A stretch of 7,409 bases of DNA from a virus (taxonomy: Duplodnaviria > Heunggongvirae > Uroviricota > Caudoviricetes), in IMG/VR virus record IMGVR_UViG_2548876944_000011. One strand, given 5' to 3'. This document shows positions 1 through 5,121 of the stretch, in pieces; position 1 is the stretch's first letter, and each line of letters opens with the position of its first letter. The translations under genes were made by a program, and so were the position numbers. The notes beneath the pieces were generated by a model. It saw only the letters and a list, made by a program, of their open reading frames with translations. It made no database searches and was not told the origin of the DNA.

Positions 1-14
1 TGCTGTTTCGCTTA

Positions 15-143
15 TCAGCCGTTAGATTTTGCCGAACTGGAAAGCGCCTGTTTAAACTCACTGAAGCTGAGAGCTTCTTCGCCTTCGGCAAGGCCTTCGA
101 AGTATTCTTCGTAAGCCTTTTCCATGATTGTGTCGAAATCCAT
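15..143 (-). CDS. ydfB: YdfB-like small prophage protein, 42 aa (second gene of the dicB operon)
   Basis: Minus-strand ORF from ATG 143..141 to TGA 17..15, translating MDFDTIMEKAYEEYFEGLAEGEEALSFSEFKQALSSSAKSNG. It starts 1 nt after the ydfA stop. It is below the length cutoff of the supplied ORF track. Recognised from memory as the Qin ydfB product. An alternative internal start is ATG 125..123. Confidence 0.55.
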   Translation of the reverse strand: MDFDTIMEKAYEEYFEGLAEGEEALSFSEFKQALSSSAKSNG

Positions 144-144
144 A

Positions 145-300
145 TCACTCACCTGAGTTTCTTTCCAGCCAGCGACGGGCACCATTTTCGGTTTTAAACG
201 TTTTGCTTTTGGTATACGTCATTGCGGTGAACGTGCCGTCCTGGTTTGGAAACACGCCGTACACCAGAGATTCGTTGTTGCCAAGATCGATAGTATCCAT
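145..300 (-). CDS. ydfA: YdfA-like small prophage protein, 51 aa (first gene of the dicB operon)
   Basis: The track ORF 145..378 is 77 aa, but the internal ATG 300..298 has GAGG 6-7 nt upstream and gives MDTIDLGNNESLVYGVFPNQDGTFTAMTYTKSKTFKTENGARRWLERNSGE. The longer 5' extension would run into the predicted promoter -10. Stop TGA 147..145. Confidence 0.6.
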   Translation of the reverse strand: MDTIDLGNNESLVYGVFPNQDGTFTAMTYTKSKTFKTENGARRWLERNSGE

Positions 301-377
301 GCTGACCTCATTTCCCCTTAACGCTGGGGTAGCGGAACTGTTTGCTGAGAACACCGTGCGGTGTGTTGATGCAAACA

Positions 378-406
378 AGATTAGCCATGACTAACATATC
401 GGTCAA
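378..406 (-). promoter_or_regulatory. sigma70-like promoter of the ydfA-ydfB (dicB) operon
   Basis: Read on the minus strand: -35 TTGACC (406..401), 17-bp spacer, -10 TAATCT (383..378). It lies about 70 nt upstream of the ydfA ATG. The operator copy at 381..395 sits in the spacer and -10. Confidence 0.4.
381..395. promoter_or_regulatory. operator-like site, copy at the dicB-operon promoter
   Basis: Minus-strand reading GTTAGTCATGGCTAA. It matches the site at 926..940 in 14 of 15 positions. Inverted half-sites GTTAG and CTAAC are separated by 5-6 bp. It overlaps the predicted -10. Confidence 0.5.
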
Positions 407-444
407 GTGATTTTGTATGCTATAGCTAACATAATTGATGTGGT

Positions 445-475
445 AAAAGATAACTCATTGATGATGTTATCTTTT
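445..475. terminator. perfect 10-bp inverted repeat at the 3' end of dicA (hairpin, possible bidirectional terminator)
   Basis: AAAAGATAAC (445..454), 11-nt loop, GTTATCTTTT (466..475). The dicA stop codon (469..467) lies in the right arm. The T/A runs flanking the GATAAC/GTTATC core could act as U-tracts on either strand. Confidence 0.35.
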
Positions 476-874
476 ATTTGTCCGCTGACGGGCTTTTAGT
501 AATTCTTCAAAGAGTTTATTGAAGTTTTTTACTCGAGCTCGCATTTCGGCGAGCTGGGTATCCTGTTCTGATTCTGGCAGTGCATTAAACAGCTCAAGGA
601 GCTCTAGTTCTTTGGGGGATAAGGCAACTGGCTTCTCAACAGGTGGTGTTGGTTGCTTGTCTTCATCGCCAAATAGAATCCATGTTGGTGAGCATTGCAA
701 TACTTTGCTGAGGGCAAAAAGGTTCTTCCCTGTAGGTTCACTATCACCCCGTTCCCATTGTGATACAGACACATGGGAGATTTTCAGGGCTTTAGCAAGA
801 GACCTTTGGGTGTGTTTGAGGTTTTTCCGACGATACCTGATGCGTTCGCCGATAGTTAAATTTTTTGTTTCCAT
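467..874 (-). CDS. dicA: cI/C2-like HTH (XRE-family) prophage repressor DicA, 135 aa
   Basis: Track ORF METKNLTIGERIRYRRKNLKHTQRSLAKALKISHVSVSQWERGD..., with an N-terminal HTH. It is divergent from a cro-like gene. Recognised from memory as DicA. No obvious Shine-Dalgarno precedes the ATG, so it may be translated from a near-leaderless mRNA like lambda cI. Confidence 0.9.
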   Translation of the reverse strand: METKNLTIGERIRYRRKNLKHTQRSLAKALKISHVSVSQWERGDSEPTGKNLFALSKVLQCSPTWILFGDEDKQPTPPVEKPVALSPKELELLELFNALPESEQDTQLAEMRARVKNFNKLFEELLKARQRTNKR

Positions 875-875
875 A

Positions 876-890
876 GTTAGCTAATGCTAA
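876..890. promoter_or_regulatory. weaker operator-like site next to the dicA start codon
   Basis: GTTAGCTAATGCTAA has the same GTTAG...CTAA outer half-sites as the other two copies (10 of 15 identical overall). It lies 2 bp from the dicA ATG, where an autoregulatory site would be expected. Confidence 0.3.
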
Positions 891-896
891 ATCGTA

Positions 897-925
897 TTGA
901 CTATGTTTTTGTTAACATCTATCTT
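897..925 (+). promoter_or_regulatory. sigma70-like promoter Pc for dicC and the early-right operon
   Basis: -35 TTGACT (897..902), 17-bp spacer, -10 TATCTT (920..925). It is followed directly by the operator at 926..941 and by the dicC Shine-Dalgarno and ATG at 958. Confidence 0.5.
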
Positions 926-941
926 GTTAGTTATGGCTAAC
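926..941. promoter_or_regulatory. operator, copy at the dicC promoter
   Basis: GTTAGTTATGGCTAAC, with inverted 5-bp arms GTTAG/CTAAC around a 6-bp centre. It abuts the -10 of Pc. It is nearly identical to the minus-strand site at 381..395. Confidence 0.5.
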
Positions 942-957
942 AATAAAGGTGTTTTAA

Positions 958-1188
958 ATGCTTAAAACTGACGCTCTTTTGTATTTCGGTTCAAAAACAA
1001 AACTTGCACAAGCAGCAGGTATTCGTTTGGCTTCGCTTTATAGCTGGAAAGGGGATTTAGTTCCCGAAGGTCGCGCGATGCGTCTACAGGAGGCATCTGG
1101 CGGGGAGCTTCAGTATGATCCCAAAGTTTATGATGAATATCGTAAGACGAAGCGGGCGGGGCGGTTGAACAATGAAAATCACTCCTGA
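958..1188 (+). CDS. dicC: Cro-like small DNA-binding regulator DicC, 76 aa
   Basis: Track ORF MLKTDALLYFGSKTKLAQAAGIRLASLYSWKGDLVPEGRAMRLQEASGG... It is divergent from dicA, with AAGG 8 nt upstream of the ATG. Recognised from memory as DicC. Confidence 0.85.
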   Translation: MLKTDALLYFGSKTKLAQAAGIRLASLYSWKGDLVPEGRAMRLQEASGGELQYDPKVYDEYRKTKRAGRLNNENHS

Positions 1189-1693
1189 ACAGGCTCGTGA
1201 GGCTCTGGATGCCTGGATATGTCGACCAGGAATGACACAGGAGCAGGCGACGATATTAATCACTGAAGCATTCTGGGCTTTGAAAGAGCGCCCGAACATC
1301 GATGTTCAGCGTGTCACATATGAAGGTGGCGCGATTGATCAGCGAGCGCTTGGCGTTAATCGAGTGAAGATATTTGAACGCTGGAAGGCTATCGACACCA
1401 GGGATAAGCGTGAAAAGTTCACGGCGCTAGTGCCTGCAATTATGGAGGCTATCCGGATTAATGATTTCAGGTTGTATCGTGAAATTACTGACGGAAAAAG
1501 CATCACGTGCATGATCGCCGGGTTAAACAAAGAATATGGCGATGTGGTGGAGTCCGGACTGCTTTTTGCTGATCCTGCCGTAGTGGATCGTGAAACTGAC
1601 GAACTTATAGAAAAAGCAATTGCTTTCAAACTTGCGTATCGACAGCAATACCAACAAAAAGCTGGATGGAATTATGAGCCTTCTTTTTGCTGA
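1172..1693 (+). CDS. YdaT-like prophage early protein, 173 aa (family reported as a functional analogue of lambda CII)
   Basis: Track ORF. The ATG overlaps the dicC 3' end by 17 nt, suggesting translational coupling. The central segment WKAIDTRDKREKFTALVPAIMEAI resembles the conserved REK...L.PAI region I recall from Rac YdaT. The family assignment is from memory, not a search. Confidence 0.7.
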   Translation: MKITPEQAREALDAWICRPGMTQEQATILITEAFWALKERPNIDVQRVTYEGGAIDQRALGVNRVKIFERWKAIDTRDKREKFTALVPAIMEAIRINDFRLYREITDGKSITCMIAGLNKEYGDVVESGLLFADPAVVDRETDELIEKAIAFKLAYRQQYQQKAGWNYEPSFC

Positions 1694-2639
1694 ACGCCCA
1701 CTGGTTATAAACACGCAGCTGGCAATGAAAATTGGCTTAAACGAAGCCATTGTTTTGCAACAACTGCACTACTGGTTGAGAGATACCAACTCCGGCATGG
1801 AATGTGATGGTGTTCGCTGGATTTATAACACAACGGAACAATGGCTGGAACAGTTCCCATTCTGGTCAGAGTCAACGTTAAAGCGCGCGTTTGCAAGTCT
1901 GAAAACGCTGGGGCTTTTGCGTTGTGAAAAGCTCAATAAATCAAAGCGCGATATGACCAATTTCTACACGATCAACTATGGGAGCGAGCTTTTAGATGGT
2001 GGCAAATTGAGCGAATCCATCGGTTCAAAATGCGCCGCTCCATCAGGTCAAAATGACACGATGGAAGAGGTCAAAATGAAACGCTCCATTGGTTCAAAAC
2101 GACCCAATGTCATCGGGTCAAAATGGCCTGATGATCTTACAGAGAATACAACAGAGATTACTACAGAGAATAAAAACACTTTTCGTCCTGAAGCTTCGCA
2201 ACCGGACCCGCAGACGACTGAACAGGATTTTTTAACCCGGAACTCCGACGCGGTTGTGTTTAGTGCGAAAAAACGCCAGTGGGGTAGCAGGGAGGATTTG
2301 GCGTGTGCGCAGTGGATCTGGGGGCGGATCGTGGGTCTCTACGAACAGGCAGCCAGTGATGATGGCGAGATCATGCGACCAAAAGAGCCTAACTGGACTG
2401 CCTGGGCCAATGACGTGCGCACAATGCGGATGCTGGATGGCAGAAGCCACAGACAAATTTGCGAAATGTTTGGTCGGGTTCAGCGAGATCCATTCTGGGT
2501 AAAAAACATCATGAGCCCGTCAAAGCTCCGCGAAAAATGGGACGAACTGGTCATCCGCCTGGGACGTTCACCTGTACAGCGTTGTGTTAATCATATTTCT
2601 GAACCGGATACAGAAATTCCGCCTGGTTTCAGAGGATAA
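1674..2639 (+). CDS. phage replication initiator (lambda O-like replisome organizer), about 321 aa
   Basis: Track ORF 1620..2639 begins at a TTG. The first ATG (1674) gives MSLLFAERPLVINTQLAMKIGLNEAIVLQQLHYWL..., a typical N-terminus for this kind of protein. The C-terminal W-rich region (AQWIWGRIV...NWTAWANDVRTM...FWVKNIMSP) resembles the conserved C-domain of such proteins. Iterons lie inside the gene, as in lambda O. Confidence 0.8.
   Translation: MSLLFAERPLVINTQLAMKIGLNEAIVLQQLHYWLRDTNSGMECDGVRWIYNTTEQWLEQFPFWSESTLKRAFASLKTLGLLRCEKLNKSKRDMTNFYTINYGSELLDGGKLSESIGSKCAAPSGQNDTMEEVKMKRSIGSKRPNVIGSKWPDDLTENTTEITTENKNTFRPEASQPDPQTTEQDFLTRNSDAVVFSAKKRQWGSREDLACAQWIWGRIVGLYEQAASDDGEIMRPKEPNWTAWANDVRTMRMLDGRSHRQICEMFGRVQRDPFWVKNIMSPSKLREKWDELVIRLGRSPVQRCVNHISEPDTEIPPGFRG
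2015..2130. repeat. five direct ~23-bp iterons (candidate origin of replication inside the initiator gene)
   Basis: Core GGT(T)CAAAA(T/C)G occurs with TCAAAA starting at 2025, 2048, 2071, 2094 and 2118 (spacing 23, 23, 23, 24 bp). Three units are preceded by TCCAT. At protein level this appears as the repeated IGSK motif. Confidence 0.6.
2139..2174. repeat. three 12-bp direct repeats ACAGAGA(A/T)TAC flanking the iterons
   Basis: ACAGAGA occurs at 2139, 2151 and 2163 in an A-rich stretch immediately 3' of the iterons. This is the position where a DNA-unwinding element sits in lambda-type origins. Confidence 0.45.
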
Positions 2640-2679
2640 GTGTTGATTTCAGGTCATGAGGTAATTTTAAGGGGGACTT

Positions 2680-3102
2680 GTGGCAAAAGTTTTTACACAA
2701 GAAGAGCGGGAAAAAATTAAATGGCAGGTGGTGGAACTCGTGCGCCAGAGCGGCCGTGAGACGTTACGGCAACTGGAAGCTAAAACAGGTGCGACTAGAT
2801 ATCTGATGAGCGTTCTTGCCAGAGAGCTGGTAGCCAGTGGCGATGTATACAACTCCGGCTACGGGTTATTCCCCTCTGAACAGGCGCGTAAGGACTGGCA
2901 AAACGCCCGCAAAAAACTCTCGAGGGCAAAGGTGAAGAAACCTGCTGTGGTTGATCCGGACCTTATCTGGTCATCACCTGACGGAGAAATACGTCGCTAC
3001 GACAGTCGCCTAAACATAATCTGTCGCGAGTGCCGGAAGAGCGAAGTTATGCAGCGCATACTGGCTTTCTATCAGGGTAATTTTCAGGACGTGGCGCAGT
3101 GA
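2680..3102 (+). CDS. hypothetical phage early protein, 140 aa, possibly DNA-binding
   Basis: Track ORF with a GTG start preceded by AAGGGGGA at 4 nt spacing. The segment TLRQLEAKTGATRYLMSVLARELV looks HTH-like. Its stop overlaps the next gene's start in GTGA. No confident family assignment. Confidence 0.65.
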   Translation: MAKVFTQEEREKIKWQVVELVRQSGRETLRQLEAKTGATRYLMSVLARELVASGDVYNSGYGLFPSEQARKDWQNARKKLSRAKVKKPAVVDPDLIWSSPDGEIRRYDSRLNIICRECRKSEVMQRILAFYQGNFQDVAQ

Positions 3103-3455
3103 GTGCACCGGCAACCATTCTTGATATGTGCTGTGGCAGCCGCATGTTCTGGTTCGATAAGTCTGACGAACGGGCGATATTCAGCGATATCAGAAAAGAA
3201 GGATACACATTACGCAATGGGAGACGCTTGATTATCAGCCCTGACATTATCGCAGATTTTCGTGCATTATCATTTGCAGACGCATCTTTTTCGATGGTTG
3301 TATTAGACCCTCCGCATCTTGAGAGTGTTGGTGATAACGCCTGGATGGGAAAGAAATATGGACGGCTGAATAAAGATGCCTGGCGTGATGATTCGCGACA
3401 GAGATTTAAAGAAGCCTTTCGGGTGTTGAGGCCGCACGGCGTTCTGATTTTTTAA
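3099..3455 (+). CDS. class I SAM-dependent methyltransferase-like protein (DPPH motif), 118 aa as read; probably truncated by an in-frame TAA
   Basis: Track ORF with a GTG start coupled to the upstream stop. It has a motif-I-like ILDMCCGSRMF, an acidic residue after the second strand (IFSDI), a catalytic-type tetrapeptide VVLDPPHL, and RVLRPHGVLIF. The fold is incomplete at the TAA (3453..3455). The same frame continues for 29 sense codons (WNETQIPVSQILALTDRKPVICQRTGKKR) to TAA 3543..3545. Confidence 0.6.
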   Translation: MSAPATILDMCCGSRMFWFDKSDERAIFSDIRKEGYTLRNGRRLIISPDIIADFRALSFADASFSMVVLDPPHLESVGDNAWMGKKYGRLNKDAWRDDSRQRFKEAFRVLRPHGVLIF

Positions 3456-3717
3456 TGGAATGAAACGCAAATACCGGTAAGCCAGATTCTGGCACTGACA
3501 GACAGAAAACCTGTTATCTGTCAACGAACAGGGAAAAAACGATAAAACCCACTGGATTATTTTTATGAAAGAGGCATCCAGTGAGTAGGTTCGTAAGGTT
3601 ACAGATACGTATATCTGAATAATTAAATTCAGTTCTGTAAATAAAATTTAATCCTTAACCGGATGGATTTCTGCACCCTCAGAACATCAGGAGGCCGCCC
3701 GAAAGGGCGGTAGTGAA

Positions 3718-3828
3718 ATGCGAAAGCTCAAAATTATTATTGAAACGGGAATAGCTGGTGGAGATTTTGAGGATGTATTCGAAGTGGACGATGACGCAAC
3801 ACCTGAGGAAATTCATGACGGAGCATAA
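3718..3828 (+). CDS. small acidic ORF, 36 aa, uncertain
   Basis: ATG 3718 to TAA 3826, MRKLKIIIETGIAGGDFEDVFEVDDDATPEEIHDGA. It is preceded by a GAAA-tetraloop hairpin (3694..3710) and a distant AGGAGG. The frame continues acidic (EIFFNYCNYSYHEIKDDEEEQSG) for 23 more codons after the TAA. Confidence 0.25.
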   Translation: MRKLKIIIETGIAGGDFEDVFEVDDDATPEEIHDGA

Positions 3829-3877
3829 GAAATTTTCTTTAACTACTGCAATTACTCATACCACGAAATAAAAGACG

Positions 3878-4069
3878 ATGAGGAAGAACAAAGTGGCTGA
3901 TTTTTGTTCAGCTAAATATAACATCAGTTTTGAAGAGCGGGATGAACTATTAATGGACTATGGTGAGTTACGCGGTGGAAGTGCTGCTGATGTCGAATCC
4001 TAGCGTGATGACTATGAAGCGGGAAAAACTCCGGTCGAAGCATATTGTGATGAGTGGGGCGATGAATGA
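3878..4069 (+). pseudogene. small phage ORF interrupted by an in-frame TAG (about 63 codons if read through)
   Basis: ATG 3878 (or GTG 3893 with GAGGAAG upstream) gives ...VADFCSAKYNISFEERDELLMDYGELRGGSAADVES, then TAG 4001..4003, then RDDYEAGKTPVEAYCDEWGDE to TGA 4067..4069. That stop overlaps the next ATG in ATGA. Confidence 0.3.
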
Positions 4070-4353
4070 GCGAGATTAATTATCAGGAAGGGCATGAAAC
4101 GGCGGGGCAAGCAAAACCAGTGGCATGGCGATATCGCTACGTGAAAAAAGGCGTTACGGACTTTCAGGGGAAGTAGTGGTCTGGTGACTGGAAATATGTA
4201 CCGAAAAAAGAGGATTGTAACGACAGGCCGAACTATCAAATTCAGGCCTTATTCACTGCCTCACCAGTCCCAGTTACATCAGAAGAACTGGTTAAAGCTG
4301 TGCACTTTTATGAACAACTAAAACGCGAAAATCCACCAACATCCGGCAACTAG
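4066..4353 (+). pseudogene. small phage ORF interrupted by an in-frame TAG (95 codons if read through)
   Basis: ATG 4066 gives MSEINYQEGHETAGQAKPVAWRYRYVKKGVTDFQGK, then TAG 4174..4176, then WSGDWKYVPKKEDCNDRPNYQIQALFTASPVPVTSEELVKAVHFYEQLKRENPPTSGN to TAG 4351..4353. The start is coupled to the upstream frame by ATGA. Confidence 0.35.
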
Positions 4354-4607
4354 ATTAATGGATTAACTATGTCGGTTAAACGACCAGCCAACTGAAAAAG
4401 CGGAAACCTGATTACAGGTTGCCAGATAAGGCAATGAGCTACCTGGCGCGGAACGGACTGATAAGTATGGGGAATGTTTTACGATGAACCTTTAGACTAA
4501 AGAGTTTGTAACGCTATGTAAGTGATTTTTTCTGGTTTAGATATTTATATGTCCGGCCAAATTGAGGTGTGTTTAAATGTAATTGCACATTGATTGTAGG
4601 AGGAATA

Positions 4608-4787
4608 ATGAAAAACGCATTGCAGTTTTTGTTTGTTGCGTTCTGGTTGTTCGCATCATGTATGCCCATCATCTTCACAGCAAGGTATATGGAAAAAGTT
4701 GATGTTTTGATATTAATATTTGGATATATAAATGCCCTTTTTTTAGGGGTGTTCATGGCGGTCATGTGCATTGAATACTGGCGGTAA
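4608..4787 (+). CDS. small hydrophobic protein, 59 aa, two predicted transmembrane helices; function unknown
   Basis: Track ORF 4569..4787. The internal ATG 4608 is preceded by a consensus AGGAGG at 6 nt spacing, giving MKNALQFLFVAFWLFASCMPIIFTARYMEKVDVLILIFGYINALFLGVFMAVMCIEYWR. Two ~22-residue hydrophobic stretches are separated by RYMEKVD. The local sequence is strongly AT-rich compared with the replication genes. Confidence 0.55.
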   Translation: MKNALQFLFVAFWLFASCMPIIFTARYMEKVDVLILIFGYINALFLGVFMAVMCIEYWR

Positions 4788-5093
4788 ATACAGCGAACTC
4801 CATTGGTTTAGTTGGATATTTACTGTGCTGGACAAAAACGGTTTGCGGGGAAATCTTAGTTAAGTAGAATGACTGCGGGTGCTTGAGGCTATCTGCCTCG
4901 GGCATGGACACCAACGGCAGATAGAGAAAAGCCCCAGTTAACATTACGCGTCCTGCAAGACGCTTAACATTAATCTGAGGCCAATTTCATGCTAGACACA
5001 TGTAGGTTAGCCTCTTACGTGCCGAAAGGCACGGAGAAGCAGGCTATTGTTAACACCAAGCTGTAATGTCCCCTTTGAACCATTCTAAAATGT

Positions 5094-5120
5094 CCCCAGA
5101 CAATTCTCTGGGGGATTTTT
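5094..5120 (+). terminator. terminator-like hairpin that pairs the transposase Shine-Dalgarno, just 5' of the tnp ATG
   Basis: CCCCAGA (5094..5100), loop CAATTC, TCTGGGG (5107..5113), then GATTTTT and ATG at 5122. The 3' arm contains the G-rich ribosome-binding site. Confidence 0.45.
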
Positions 5121-5121
5121 C

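Noticed and set aside
128-394. 88-aa plus-strand ORF
   Set aside because: It lies antisense to ydfA and ydfB and runs into the predicted promoter. It is most likely a shadow ORF of the minus-strand genes.
519-884. 121-aa plus-strand ORF
   Set aside because: It is fully antisense to dicA, which has a clear HTH repressor translation. A serine- and cysteine-rich low-complexity product is typical of a shadow frame.
1620-1673. TTG-initiated 5' extension of the replication gene (track start 1620)
   Set aside because: The first ATG at 1674 gives a typical initiator N-terminus and limits the overlap with the upstream gene to 20 nt. The extension is kept only as an alternative start.
1084-2852. Minus- and plus-strand ORFs nested inside dicC, the YdaT-like gene, the initiator and the 140-aa gene (1084..1299, 1339..1629, 1523..1750, 1705..1896, 2232..2456, 2254..2502, 2667..2852)
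   Set aside because: All are embedded in or antisense to longer ORFs with coherent protein features. None has an independent ribosome-binding site that I could see.
3047-3524. Minus-strand ORFs 3047..3247 and 3303..3524
   Set aside because: They are antisense to the methyltransferase-like gene and its in-frame continuation.
3754-3761. Chi site GCTGGTGG
   Set aside because: A single occurrence in 7.4 kb is about the background frequency for enteric genomes, so it is not evidence of anything specific.
3453-4353. Alternative genetic code (TAG or TAA reassigned) to explain the in-frame stops
   Set aside because: All well-supported genes in the window end at standard stops, including TAA, TGA and TAG, and the host context is enteric. 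Pseudogenisation or suppression is more parsimonious, though recoding cannot be formally excluded without homologue alignment.
4012-4944. Minus-strand ORFs 4012..4239, 4514..4771 and 4762..4944
   Set aside because: They are antisense to the interrupted small ORFs, the membrane ORF and the IS left arm. Their products are proline- and phenylalanine-rich or otherwise low-complexity, and no start signals were seen.
4889-5033. Retron-like msr/msd non-coding RNA, suggested by the hairpin cluster
   Set aside because: There is no reverse-transcriptase gene downstream; the adjacent ORF is a DDE transposase. The hairpins are better explained as IS-end or 5' UTR structure.
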